64,000 bases of DNA from an uncultured delta proteobacterium (GCA_963808235.1 CAWEEQ010000004.1:1472001-1536000), one strand, 5' to 3'; positions 42,206 to 52,303 are shown, counted from the first letter of the stretch. Notes: generated from the sequence alone by a model not told the origin. Numbers and translations are program-made.

Positions 42206-42520
42206 ATGAAAAGACTTGGCGTCGCACTTGTATTGATCGTCAGCCTCGGCATCTCTTTCCGCGCCTACGGAAAAACATGCGAAGACGATTCAATAGACGA
42301 AGTGGCGGGGGACGGCGCGATCATTACGATGCTCTCCGGTTCGATTTGGAAAGTCGATGATATAGATCGCATCGATTCCGGCCTTTGGCTCTCTACTGAG
42401 GACGTTTTGATTTGCGAAGAGCGGGCGTCAGTGAAAGGTAAAACTTTCGTGGACTACACTATCATCAACAAAGACGACGATGGCGCAGAAGTCCACGCGG
42501 CCCGAATTGGCTCAAAATAA
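42206..42520 (+). CDS. Secreted acidic hypothetical protein (IS passenger)
   Basis: GGGGGA RBS, signal peptide, two Cys; the stop lies 2 nt inside of the right TIR boundary. Confidence 0.7.
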   Translation: MKRLGVALVLIVSLGISFRAYGKTCEDDSIDEVAGDGAIITMLSGSIWKVDDIDRIDSGLWLSTEDVLICEERASVKGKTFVDYTIINKDDDGAEVHAARIGSK

Positions 42521-42640
42521 AATCAAACTGAACCAGTGCCGAATTCTGGCTGCCCACAGCGCTGAAAACCAGAAAAAGGCACGCCGCCCCTTCAAAATTT
42601 GCCAAGGTTCAGAGAGCCAATTTTCCGATGCGAACCTCGG

Positions 42641-42931
42641 TCAATTTCGGACTCGGACTCCGCCCTTTTCGATCACCTTGTTGCGGAGCTCAACGTCGCC
42701 AGGGAGCAACTCGCACGGACACAGCTCCTGCAACCATCGTCTGGTGATTGCGACTGGAAGTTTCCGAAACCCGAATGCAGAGACACTAACCGCGTAGCGT
42801 TCTCCGCTCGGAGAATCGACGAAATCACGCCCGCATCGCGAGCAGCGGTATTGAACAATCTGCCCGCCCGATCCGATGTCGAGGGTCCTGCGAGTGTAAT
42901 TGTGGCTGAGCCAAGCGTCGCGAAAATCCAT
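42641..42931 (-). CDS. Small protein with a putative zinc ribbon
   Basis: SHNY…YRCSRCGRDF…ELCPCE; GGAG RBS upstream. Confidence 0.6.
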   Translation of the reverse strand: MDFRDAWLSHNYTRRTLDIGSGGQIVQYRCSRCGRDFVDSPSGERYAVSVSAFGFRKLPVAITRRWLQELCPCELLPGDVELRNKVIEKGGVRVRN

Positions 42932-43088
42932 GGACTGAACTCCTGGACCACGGAAGTTTATGCGCCGGTAAATGTATGTGCTTTGACGGTGCGCTAATCG
43001 TGAGCCAATAACAAGTTGTTTGGAAGAACATCAATTTCGTACTTTCAAGAACCCGAACAGATAATCGGCCTTTCGATTTTTTCCAATG

Positions 43089-45032
43089 CTATTTTGCTGA
43101 GGGTTCGTTCAGCAGAGCTTCAAGGACCTTGCCCGTAATCGGCTTTGGCACCAGCCGATCGAAACCTGCCTGCTTCGCATCGGCGTGATCCTTGGGTTGG
43201 CTGTACCCAGAAAGCGCGATTAGACGAGTGTCGCGTAGTCCCGGTTCTGCCCGTAGAGCGCGGGCTACCGCATAACCATCCATACCGCCTGGCAGTCCGA
43301 GATCGCAGATGACCAGGTCCGGCGCCTTCGCTATCGCGCAAACCAACGCCGATCGCCCATCGTATGCGGCATCGACATCGAAACCGATTTGGTCGATAAG
43401 CTCGGATAAGCCATCGGCTACATCCCTGTTGTCTTCGATGAGCAAAACGCGCCTGCGGTCCTTCCGCTGCGGTTGCTCAGCTGGAGGAGCGGCGGAAGTT
43501 GTCGCCGATGGTGCCGTGAGTGGCAACGTCAGCATAAACACCGCCCCGCGTCCCGGACCCGGGCTTTCGCCCGACAGCGAGCCGCCCTGCAGCTCGGCAA
43601 GTTTTCTGCTGATCGCCAGGCCAAGTCCGAGTCCTCCGTTGAACCGATCGATCTGTTGTTCTTGCTGAATAAACGGTTCGAACAGTCTGTCCGCCAGGGC
43701 GCCGTCAAAGCCGACCCCAGTGTCCTCGATCCGAACAACAGCCGAGCGCCCTTCGGCCCGGAGCCGTACCGTTACACGTCCCCGCACGGGTGTGAACTTG
43801 ACCGCGTTGGAAAGAACATTGTCGATGATCTGCCGCAGCCGGACGCGGTCGCCTCTCACCGGACACCGCGCATTAGAAATCTCGAATTCGAAGCCGATAC
43901 CAGCAGCGCTGACGCGCTCCTTGTTCTCTCCGACAATCTCGCGAAGGAGATCGCCGAGATCAATATCCTCGAATCGTATAGACGTTTTTCCGGAGGCGAT
44001 GCGAGCGGTGTCGAGCAAGTCGTCCAGCATGCGCGCCATAACCATGGATTGTCGGTCCAGCCGCTCGTGGAGACGCTCAACCTTCGGGTACTCCAGCGTC
44101 ATCCGACCCAGGGCATCGGCCGCCGCGCGGATCGCGGTCAGCGGATTACGCAGCTCGTGCGCCAGGATCGCAATGAACTGGTCCTTCTGCCGGTCCTTCT
44201 CCTCGAGTGCGTCTTTTGCGTTTCGCAGCTCCTCTCGCTCGTTCAGCTCGCGCAGCGCCGTTAGCTCGTCGAACATCCTCGCGCGCATTTCGCAACGGTC
44301 AGCTTCTGGATCGTCCATCAAGAGTTGGGCGAGCTCCGCATGATCCCGCATAAGGACCCGCATATCCTCCTCGGTCTCTATCTCCGGATGGAGCATTGTC
44401 CAGTAGTGGGCCGTCCGGATGAAAGCGAGGAGACCGCTCAAGTACTCGAAATTGCGCGGCCCCAGAGCCTTTAGAAGTGCGAGCCGCGCCTCCTCGCCGC
44501 GAGCGGGTTCACTGAAGACCACGGCGGCGCAGGCGAAAATAAAGTCTTCCATCTCCGTTCGGGGTTCAGGCCAGTTGGCCAATGGTGTTTTCAATCCCTG
44601 AAGACGCGCATAGACCTCACCCATGTCGCGGTTCCATGGCGTCGGGCGTTTCAGGAGCTGGACTACCTCAGCAACGCTCTGCGCGGGAGCGTCCGCATCG
44701 CCTGCCGGCCGGCCGTGGCCGAGCAGAAAGCCGACGTGGCGCACGATGCAATAGCGGACGGGGCACAGCCGCGAGAGCATCACAAACAAGCGTTCTTTGA
44801 ATAGAGCGGGAATGGGATTGTCGAGATAACCGGCCCTCGCGAAGGACCATAGCCTCTCGATTAATTCTGGTGCTGCGCGGGCCGAACGAAAAAAATTGGG
44901 AAGGATGCCGAAGCGCCCCGTCACTTCGGTGTCGAACGCCGTGCGGGGATCATCAGATAATTGATCCATCGGTCTCTCTTCGGAATCCTGAGAGTAATCT
45001 ACGTCCGCCGGCTTTTCCAATCGCCTTTTCAT
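43089..45032 (-). CDS. Hybrid histidine kinase/receiver with an N-terminal AhpD-like domain
   Basis: RFGILPNFF…KERLFV…CPVRYCIVRH; AHELRNPL H-box; NAVKF, DTGVG, GLGLGL; C-terminal receiver (DLGLPG…K). ATGA overlap with the upstream RR. Confidence 0.88.
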   Translation of the reverse strand: MKRRLEKPADVDYSQDSEERPMDQLSDDPRTAFDTEVTGRFGILPNFFRSARAAPELIERLWSFARAGYLDNPIPALFKERLFVMLSRLCPVRYCIVRHVGFLLGHGRPAGDADAPAQSVAEVVQLLKRPTPWNRDMGEVYARLQGLKTPLANWPEPRTEMEDFIFACAAVVFSEPARGEEARLALLKALGPRNFEYLSGLLAFIRTAHYWTMLHPEIETEEDMRVLMRDHAELAQLLMDDPEADRCEMRARMFDELTALRELNEREELRNAKDALEEKDRQKDQFIAILAHELRNPLTAIRAAADALGRMTLEYPKVERLHERLDRQSMVMARMLDDLLDTARIASGKTSIRFEDIDLGDLLREIVGENKERVSAAGIGFEFEISNARCPVRGDRVRLRQIIDNVLSNAVKFTPVRGRVTVRLRAEGRSAVVRIEDTGVGFDGALADRLFEPFIQQEQQIDRFNGGLGLGLAISRKLAELQGGSLSGESPGPGRGAVFMLTLPLTAPSATTSAAPPAEQPQRKDRRRVLLIEDNRDVADGLSELIDQIGFDVDAAYDGRSALVCAIAKAPDLVICDLGLPGGMDGYAVARALRAEPGLRDTRLIALSGYSQPKDHADAKQAGFDRLVPKPITGKVLEALLNEPSAK

Positions 45033-45424
45033 CCGGACCCATCCATCAGCCGCGAGATTTCCTCCATCAGGTGTTCCGTCTTGAATGGTTTGCGCAGAAA
45101 CGCATCGTAGCCTTCGCATCGCTTCCTGATTGTCTGTTCGGATAGCGCGCTGGTCAGAATCACCGGAATCTCGCGGAATCGATCGTCGGCGCGCATCGCC
45201 TTCATAACGCCCGCGCCATCCAAAATCGGCATCATGAAATCGACGATAGCCAAAGCCGGAACGCTCTCTTCCAGCCTGGCCAACGCCTCCTGACCGTTGA
45301 GTGCGCTGATCACTTTGAAGCCCGCATCGCTCAAGATAAACCCGACTACTTCAAGAATCCCGAATTCGTCATCAACGATCAGTATCGTCTTTCCGGCCGA
45401 TCGGGCCTTTGAGCTCTTCGCCAT
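45029..45424 (-). CDS. Single-domain response regulator
   Basis: ILIVDDE, DFMMP, LTS, RKPF. Confidence 0.92.
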   Translation of the reverse strand: MAKSSKARSAGKTILIVDDEFGILEVVGFILSDAGFKVISALNGQEALARLEESVPALAIVDFMMPILDGAGVMKAMRADDRFREIPVILTSALSEQTIRKRCEGYDAFLRKPFKTEHLMEEISRLMDGSG

Positions 45425-45441
45425 GGGCCCCAGATTTTCTC

Positions 45442-46899
45442 TTATTCCTGAGTCAGCTTGGGCTTGGCCGACATGCGCGGCAGGATCGATTTTGCGCTCG
45501 AGGAATCTGCAGCCAGTTCGAGACCGTTGGCAGAGAAACTCAGCTCGCGCAGGTTGGAATCGAAGGCACTGTCGCGAACTTTCAGTATCGACACCATCCT
45601 GTACACGCTCGCTTCCGACTCGACGTAGCGCAGCAGGATGTGATTATCAGTAACGTCGGATAAGCCCTGCAGCGGCACCGTGATGGTCGGTCCAACTACC
45701 TCCATTACTTCAGCGGTGCAGATTGTGGTCACACCTTGCGAACGCAACTCGTGCACCAGCGCGGAAAAGAATGGCTCGATCGGTCTCGAGCGAAGGGCTT
45801 TCTTGAAACCGCCGAGACCGTCGATCAGCAGCCGCTTGACCTTTCTGCGCTTGATATCGCGAAGCATCCGGTCAGCTAGCTCGTCGAGAAACTGATCGGT
45901 CGGCGCCTGCCATAAAATCTGCACGTGGCCGCTGTCTAGCTGCCTGGTCAGCGCAGGACATATCGCTTTCGCCTTGGCATGTATCCGGGCCGGGGTCTCG
46001 TAGAAGCCGAACAACAGCCCGGGTTCCTGCGCGTTCGAGTTGGCCAGGAATTGCAGCCCCAGGATGGTCTTGCCGGTGCCCGAAGGTCCAATCAGCATGG
46101 TCGCTGATCGCGCGGGCAACCCGCCACCAAGCATTTCATCAAGGCGCGCACTGCCCGACGAGATCCGCCGCAACTCGCCATTGAGGTCTGTATGAGGCCC
46201 GATCAGGGTTTCCAGCCGCGGATAAACCGTAACTCCGTTCCCGGTGATGTCGTAGGAATGAACGCCCTGAAGATAACTGCTGCCGCGAAACTTTCGCACG
46301 CACAGTTCGCGCGCCGAGCGCCATTCATGGATCGTCGTATCAAGGTTGATGATGCCGTCCACCATCGTCTCTTCGGACGAAGGTTCATGCGGAGTCGGAT
46401 TGGTCAGCAAAAAAACCGTGCAATTGGCGGCGTCGGCTTGCGTCTGTAGCTGCTGCACAAACAGCTTCAATTCCTCGTAGGAGTGCGCATTGTCCGACGC
46501 TGATGCAAATCCGTCGACGATCAGGGTCGTAGCTTTGCGCGACGCAACTTCCCTTCGCAGCAAATGCAGCAGCCCGGTCAAACCATCTTTCTTCAACGCG
46601 TTGAAACCACTGACGTAAAAAATGCCGTTTCCAACCGCCTCTTCATTGAAGAACGCGAGGTTCTTGATGTTAAGCAGCATGCGGCTGACAGTTTCCGCGA
46701 TCAGCGTGACGTAAAGGACTTTGCCTCCGGCGCTGGCATGATTGAAGCAAATTTGATTCCCGAGGATCGTCTTGCCGACTCCCGGCGCCCCCTCGACAAT
46801 GTACAGTCCGCCGCTAAAGAAGCCCCCTCCCAGGATGTCGTCGAGACCTTTCACTCCCGAGGGGACGCGCGTGAGCTGTTGAAGTTCTTGCTTACTCAT
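45442..46899 (-). CDS. KaiC-like double RecA-domain ATPase
   Basis: SGVKGLD…GAPGVGKT; SGSARLD…GPSGTGKT; RKFRGS; LLRYVE…LKVRDS. Confidence 0.9.
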   Translation of the reverse strand: MSKQELQQLTRVPSGVKGLDDILGGGFFSGGLYIVEGAPGVGKTILGNQICFNHASAGGKVLYVTLIAETVSRMLLNIKNLAFFNEEAVGNGIFYVSGFNALKKDGLTGLLHLLRREVASRKATTLIVDGFASASDNAHSYEELKLFVQQLQTQADAANCTVFLLTNPTPHEPSSEETMVDGIINLDTTIHEWRSARELCVRKFRGSSYLQGVHSYDITGNGVTVYPRLETLIGPHTDLNGELRRISSGSARLDEMLGGGLPARSATMLIGPSGTGKTILGLQFLANSNAQEPGLLFGFYETPARIHAKAKAICPALTRQLDSGHVQILWQAPTDQFLDELADRMLRDIKRRKVKRLLIDGLGGFKKALRSRPIEPFFSALVHELRSQGVTTICTAEVMEVVGPTITVPLQGLSDVTDNHILLRYVESEASVYRMVSILKVRDSAFDSNLRELSFSANGLELAADSSSAKSILPRMSAKPKLTQE

Positions 46900-47719
46900 G
46901 ATTTTCCTGTGGCCAGATCGGTAACGTTACGGTGAAAGTAGAGCCAACCCCGGGTTCGCCGACTACGCTTATCGACCCACCCATCCGCTCCGCGAGGTTG
47001 CGTGTGAGCCACAGCCCAATTCCGAAACCGGCCTGAACTTCTCTGCCTACCGCCCTCTCAAAACGCTCGAAGATGCGCTGCTTGTCTTTTTCATTGATGC
47101 CAATCCCGCTGTCTTGCACAATTATCTGGGCGCAATCGGGAGTCGCGGTCAGCGTAAGCGCTATCGGTTTGCGCTGGCCAAATTTGATCGCGTTGGAAAG
47201 TAGATTTTCCACGATTTGCGATGCCGCGAGCCTGTCAACATACGCCACCACTCCATCCTGGATATCGGTAGTCAGCTCGGAACCGCTGCGATCTACTAAC
47301 GGCTTTTGATCCTCCACGATACTCTCTACCAGTTCAGACAAGTTCTGCTCGGTATTGTCCAACTGCAACTTGTTCGAAGTTACTTGCGAAACCTCGAGCA
47401 GTGTGTTGGCCCGCGCTACGAAGTGTTGAATGAGACGCTGAAGCCGGTCCAGCTTGGAAATAGCCATGGCATGATTTCCCGACAGTGCACCCGCACGGAT
47501 GAGCTGCGCGCAAAGCAGGATCGGAGTCATCGGATTGCGCAGTTCGTGCGCCGCGATCGCCAGAAAATCGTCGCGGCGGCGAATCGCCTCGCGCAACTCC
47601 TCGATAAGCAGATCGCGCCCGTCCGGTGCAGGCGCATTGGCCGGCAAGGGCGCGTTTCCGCTACCCGTTCTCCGGTCCGAGAAATCCTGCTCTGAATTGC
47701 CGTTGGTACTCTTCGACAT
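46892..47719 (-). CDS. Histidine kinase lacking an obvious sensor domain
   Basis: AAHELRNPM about 55 aa from the start; NAIKF, DSGIG, GFGIGL. Confidence 0.88.
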   Translation of the reverse strand: MSKSTNGNSEQDFSDRRTGSGNAPLPANAPAPDGRDLLIEELREAIRRRDDFLAIAAHELRNPMTPILLCAQLIRAGALSGNHAMAISKLDRLQRLIQHFVARANTLLEVSQVTSNKLQLDNTEQNLSELVESIVEDQKPLVDRSGSELTTDIQDGVVAYVDRLAASQIVENLLSNAIKFGQRKPIALTLTATPDCAQIIVQDSGIGINEKDKQRIFERFERAVGREVQAGFGIGLWLTRNLAERMGGSISVVGEPGVGSTFTVTLPIWPQENHE

Positions 47720-48111
47720 CGCGCTGACTTTCCAAACCTCTGCCGGGTCTGCGCAAATCGAATTGCGGAGGCGTCAATCCAACTCGCCGCAGATCGGCAG
47801 CAGAACGGGCGAGCGCGCCACCAACATGGCGCTGAGGGTCTGCGGCAATTATTGCATGCGACAGGGTAAGTAAGGCCAACGGAAGGTGTTACCCAAAGAA
47901 CATCCAGATTCTTTGTAGGGCTGAACATTTCAGCGTTATACACAGCGCCCCTTCGAGTTATGTTGGTATAAGGCGACCTCACTCTATTTCCAGGACACCG
48001 CCACGCTCCGCCACAGTGCCAAAATCCCCGCGCTGTTCTCTGAATCGCGACTATCGCGTAGGATTTATCCACGAGAACGGATCCGATTCGCGCATCACCA
48101 GCTTTCTTCGC

Positions 48112-49509
48112 ATGACCAACCCGACTACCGGCCCCGGCTTCGATTTCCCAGCCGACGTTCCCGAACCCACGATTTCCACCCGTCTGTGGCGCTCGCTGAA
48201 CGTGATGTGTCTCGCGGCGCGCGTCTACGCGGGCTACAAAGGCACCCAGCTCTGGACCCGCTTCATTAGCGACAGCAACAAGGCCGAACTCTATCAGCGC
48301 CAGGATCTCCGCGCTGCGCAATCGCTCAACCGCACCGCGCTCCGCCTCGAAGGCCTTCTCATCAAGGCTTGCCAGTTTATCGCGACCCGCGCCAACGTCC
48401 TTCCCGACGAATGGGTCAAGACGCTTTCCGGCCTGCACGATCGAGTGCCCCCGCGTCCGTTCGCGATGATCCGCGAGCAAATCGAGCGCGAGCTTCACCG
48501 CCCGCTCGAAACTGTCTACGCAGAGTTCGATCCCGTTCCGCTCGCGTCGGCGTCGCTCGCGCAGGTGCATCGCGCACGTCTCCACGACGGACGGATATGC
48601 GCGGTCAAGGTCCAGTATCCGAACATCGACGGGATCATCCGCGCCGATCTGCGCAACTTGATCCTGGTTCTGCGATGGCTCGCCCTTCTCGAGCGCGACT
48701 TCGACTATCGAATCCTGATGCGCGAGGCGCTCAAGTACGTGCCGATGGAGCTGGACTTTGAGCACGAAGCCGACAACGCCGAGACGATGCGCCGCAACTT
48801 CGCCAATGATCCCAGCATCGTCATCCCAGAAATTTACCGCGAGTTCACCACCCGCCGCGTGCTCACGATGGAACTGGTCGAAGGAATCAAGGTCACCGAC
48901 ATCGAGGCGCTCGAACTCGCCGGAATCGACAGGCACGCCGTCGCACAAAAGCTAACCGAGAATTTTTGCGATCAGGTCCTGCGCGACGGCTTCTTCCACG
49001 CCGATCCGCATCCGGGAAATATCCTCATCCAGCCCGGTCCCAAGATCGTGCTGCTCGACTTCGGCCTGGCCAAGGATTTTCCGCCCGCGTTTCGCGACGG
49101 ACTGGTGCGCCTGACGTTTTCAATTCTGACTTCCAATCGCCAGGGGATTATCGACGCGTTTCAGGAGCTCGGTTTCCGTACTCGCAGCGGCTCGTCAGAC
49201 ACCTTGCTCGCGCTATCCGATCTTTTTCTCGGCAACACGCTCAAAGCGAAGAAGGCATATGCGGACAAGGAACTGGTCGAGCAATTTTCCGAGGAATTTC
49301 CCAAGACGCTGAAAGCGAATCCCGTAGTCGAAGTTCCCGCCAACGTCCTGCTCGTGAGCCGCATGATGGGACTGCTTAGCGGTCTCGGTAAATCGCTCGA
49401 CTCCCAAGTCGATCTGTTCACGACCATCATGCCGTACGCGCAGCGCTTGATGATGGCGCAGGCGGCCGCGCAATCGGGCGCTCCGCCAATAGCTCCCGCA
49501 GCCAGGTAA
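48112..49509 (+). CDS. ABC1/UbiB/AarF atypical kinase
   Basis: ASASLAQVHRA, AVKVQYP, ELDFEHEA, FFHADPHPGN, LDFG. Confidence 0.92.
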   Translation: MTNPTTGPGFDFPADVPEPTISTRLWRSLNVMCLAARVYAGYKGTQLWTRFISDSNKAELYQRQDLRAAQSLNRTALRLEGLLIKACQFIATRANVLPDEWVKTLSGLHDRVPPRPFAMIREQIERELHRPLETVYAEFDPVPLASASLAQVHRARLHDGRICAVKVQYPNIDGIIRADLRNLILVLRWLALLERDFDYRILMREALKYVPMELDFEHEADNAETMRRNFANDPSIVIPEIYREFTTRRVLTMELVEGIKVTDIEALELAGIDRHAVAQKLTENFCDQVLRDGFFHADPHPGNILIQPGPKIVLLDFGLAKDFPPAFRDGLVRLTFSILTSNRQGIIDAFQELGFRTRSGSSDTLLALSDLFLGNTLKAKKAYADKELVEQFSEEFPKTLKANPVVEVPANVLLVSRMMGLLSGLGKSLDSQVDLFTTIMPYAQRLMMAQAAAQSGAPPIAPAAR

Positions 49510-49521
49510 ACCAAAGACCAG

Positions 49522-50700
49522 ATGTCAGAAAAGCGCACCCGACTCGCATCCCTCGCCGCCGAACTCGCGACCGACTTCGCGACTCGCGCCGGCCAGCACG
49601 ATCGTGACAATTCATTTCCTGTTGAAAACGTTGACAAGATGAAGGCCGCCGGTTACACCGCGCTCGTTATTCCAGAAAAGCACGGCGGCCTCGGCGCCGA
49701 CCTCGAGGATTTCGCCGCCTGCCAGGAAGAGCTCGCACAGGGATGCGCCGCGACCACGATCGCAATCAACATGCACCTGTTCGGCATCGGCAGCATGGTC
49801 GAGCGCGCGACTGGACGTCCGCAAGAGGAATTTTTCTTCGATGTGATCGGGCGCAACAAGCAAATCCTGGGCGGCGGTATCAGCGAGCCCGAAACTGGCG
49901 GCGATTGGGGCTACTTCGCGACTCGCGCGCGGCGCGACGGCGACTATTACATCCTGAACGGTCGCAAGACCTTCACCAGCCTCTCGCCGGTGATCGATCT
50001 GTTTATGGTGATGGCGACGATCGAGGATTCCAATCCTCCCGCAGCCGCGACCTTCGTCGTCCCGCGCGGCACTCCCGGCCTCGAGCTGATCGAGACCTGG
50101 GACGCGATGGGCATGCGCGCAACCGCGAGCCACGACCTCAATATCAAGGACGTCCGGGTTCCCGCGCTTGCGATGGCGGAGTCGCGACCAGTCGGCCCCG
50201 TCAACGACCAGGCGATTTCGCTGTTCGCATGGTTCGGCGTATCGGTCGCCGCCACTTACACCGGAGTCGCAATCGCCGCGCTGAAATTCGCCAAAGAATT
50301 TGCCGGACGCCTCAAGCCGCTCACGATGCCGCGTACGATCAAGTATCTGCCCGGCGTTCAGTTCGCGATCGCCGACGCCGAAGCACTCATCGCGCAATCG
50401 CGCGCGCTGTATTACGGCGTCGCGGCCGACTACATCCGCGATCGCAGTTCGTTCAAGGGGGAGGCAGGGCTGGCGCGAGTCGTGATGCCGAAATATGTCG
50501 CGACCAACAATGCGATCCGCGCCGTCGATTACTGCATGGAGGTCGTCGGCGCGCACGGGATGCTGAAAAAATTCCCGATGGAGCGCTACTACCGCGACGT
50601 TCGCGCCGGAGTAAATCACCCGCTCTCCAACGCCCGCGCCCGCGAGCTGTTGGGCAAAGCCGCTCTCGGCGTACGCCTCGGCGAAACTCCACGCTGGTAA
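49522..50700 (+). CDS. Acyl-CoA dehydrogenase family protein (DszC/SfnB-like branch possible)
   Basis: AINMH, SEPETGG, NGRKTF, WDAMGMRATASH, ERYYRDVR. Confidence 0.85.
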   Translation: MSEKRTRLASLAAELATDFATRAGQHDRDNSFPVENVDKMKAAGYTALVIPEKHGGLGADLEDFAACQEELAQGCAATTIAINMHLFGIGSMVERATGRPQEEFFFDVIGRNKQILGGGISEPETGGDWGYFATRARRDGDYYILNGRKTFTSLSPVIDLFMVMATIEDSNPPAAATFVVPRGTPGLELIETWDAMGMRATASHDLNIKDVRVPALAMAESRPVGPVNDQAISLFAWFGVSVAATYTGVAIAALKFAKEFAGRLKPLTMPRTIKYLPGVQFAIADAEALIAQSRALYYGVAADYIRDRSSFKGEAGLARVVMPKYVATNNAIRAVDYCMEVVGAHGMLKKFPMERYYRDVRAGVNHPLSNARARELLGKAALGVRLGETPRW

Positions 50701-50806
50701 ATTCGAACGAGTCAACGCTCAAGCACGATCCGCACATTCGCGATCTGTCGATAGATTTTTCTCGCCCGCTGGACGCTTCGCGCGGCGTGGAATATCGTCC
50801 GTCACC

Positions 50807-51641
50807 GTGGAGAACGAAATCGAACAAATCGCCGTCCGCGCCGCGCGCGCGGCCGGCAGAATTCACTTGAAGCGGCTCAGCCGAATCACCGTAAATCGCA
50901 AGTCGAATTCGATCGACCTGGTCACCGAAGCCGACCGCGAGTCGGAAGCTGCGATTATCGAAGTGATCCATCGCGCGTTTCCCACTCACGCCGATGCTCG
51001 CCGAGGAAAGCGGCGCCAGCGCGCATCAGAGCGACCATCGATGGATCATCGATCCGCTCGACGGCACCACCAACTTCGCGCACGGCTTCCCGCAGTTCTG
51101 CGTCTCGATCGCCTACGAACGCCGCGGCCGTGTCGAGCTCGGCGTGGTCTTCGACGCGCTGAAGCGGGAATGCTTCATCGCACAACGCGGGCACGGAGCA
51201 CGTCTCAACGGCAAACCGATTCGCGTCAGCACGACGCCGAGCCTCGGCGCCTCGCTGCTCAGCACCGGTTTTCCCTACGATCGCCGCGAGCGCCGCCGCT
51301 TCTACCTATGCTTCTGGGAAGAATTGATGACCCGGGTGCAGGGCGTGCGCAGGACCGGCGCCGCCGCACTCGACCTCGCGTACGTGGCCGCGGGCCGCAC
51401 CGACGGATTCTGGGAATTCGGACTGAGGCCGTGGGACGTCGCCGCGGGCGCGCTGATCATCCAGGAGGCGCGCGGCCGGGTCACGAACATGGATGGCTCC
51501 GATCTCGATCTGAACGGCGCAAATATCGTCGCGAGCAACGCGCGCATCCACGATGAACTCATCGAGGTGCTGGCCGGCGCGCGCCCCGAAGCCGAGCGCC
51601 GCGAAGCCGAGATGATCCGCGAGACCAAGGTCTCCGCATAG
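50807..51641 (+). CDS. suhB: Inositol monophosphatase SuhB, frameshift near 50990
   Basis: DLVTEADRESE in one frame; EE…WIIDPLDGTTNF and WDVAAG in the next. Confidence 0.9.
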
Positions 51642-51730
51642 TACGAATCACCCTCAGCCCTGATAACTTGTTTTGCTCTCCACCCGCTGTGAACATCGTG
51701 CAGGACTCGGAGCGCTTCGAGACGAGCTGA

Positions 51731-52303
51731 ATGGCAAGAGTCGAGATTCCGCAGGCGCGCGCCCGCATCACGGAGACCCCAACTGGTCTCCACGTTAGCA
51801 TTCCCGCCAACAGAAACTGGTTCATCGTCCTGTTCATGGGATTCTGGATGTGCGGTTGGTTGTTTGGCGAATGCGCCGTCATCTATACGCTGATAAGGGG
51901 AAAGACACCGCTTCCCGCAAACCTGTTCATGCTTGTATGGCTAGGCGGATGGACCGTAGGCGGAGGATTCATTGGCTACCAATGGCTGTGGAATATGGCC
52001 GGCAAGGAATTGATCGTGCTCGGGCAACAGACCCTGGCGATCAAAAGTGATGTACTCGGCTTCGGACGGGTGCGGGAATTCGATCTGACGGAGGTGCGTG
52101 ATTTGCGCGTCGATAGCGCGTCGTCGGGACTCGCAAAGCTCAATTGGGGTTGGTCGGGTCAAATGTCGGGAGCAGGCACCATCGCCTTCGATTACGGCGC
52201 GAAGACGTTCCACTTCGGGTCGGGCCTGGATGAATCCGAGGCACGCCAGCTCATAGCCCGACTCAGCACGCGGTACAATTTTCAGACGGCCCCATCGAGT
52301 TAG
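51731..52303 (+). CDS. Membrane protein, 2 TM plus a PH-like C-terminal domain
   Basis: Two hydrophobic segments, WLGGWTVGG, IAFDYGAKTFHFGSGLDESEA. Confidence 0.7.
   Translation: MARVEIPQARARITETPTGLHVSIPANRNWFIVLFMGFWMCGWLFGECAVIYTLIRGKTPLPANLFMLVWLGGWTVGGGFIGYQWLWNMAGKELIVLGQQTLAIKSDVLGFGRVREFDLTEVRDLRVDSASSGLAKLNWGWSGQMSGAGTIAFDYGAKTFHFGSGLDESEARQLIARLSTRYNFQTAPSS

Larger units (their letters stand above)
39891..42540. mobile_element. IS1-like transposon with passenger genes, 2,650 bp
   Basis: Perfect 18-bp TIRs GGCACTGGTTCAGTTTGA (39891-39908) and its reverse complement (42523-42540); 8-bp target duplication GAATTCTG at 39883-39890 and 42541-42548. Confidence 0.95.

Noticed and set aside
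38068-42931. Shared LCPCE motif in the HEAT protein and the small zinc-ribbon protein
   Set aside because: The surrounding sequences are unrelated; a five-residue match is probably coincidence.
45442-46899. A true circadian clock locus
   Set aside because: No kaiA or kaiB, altered phosphosite and EE motifs, and a two-component gene context.
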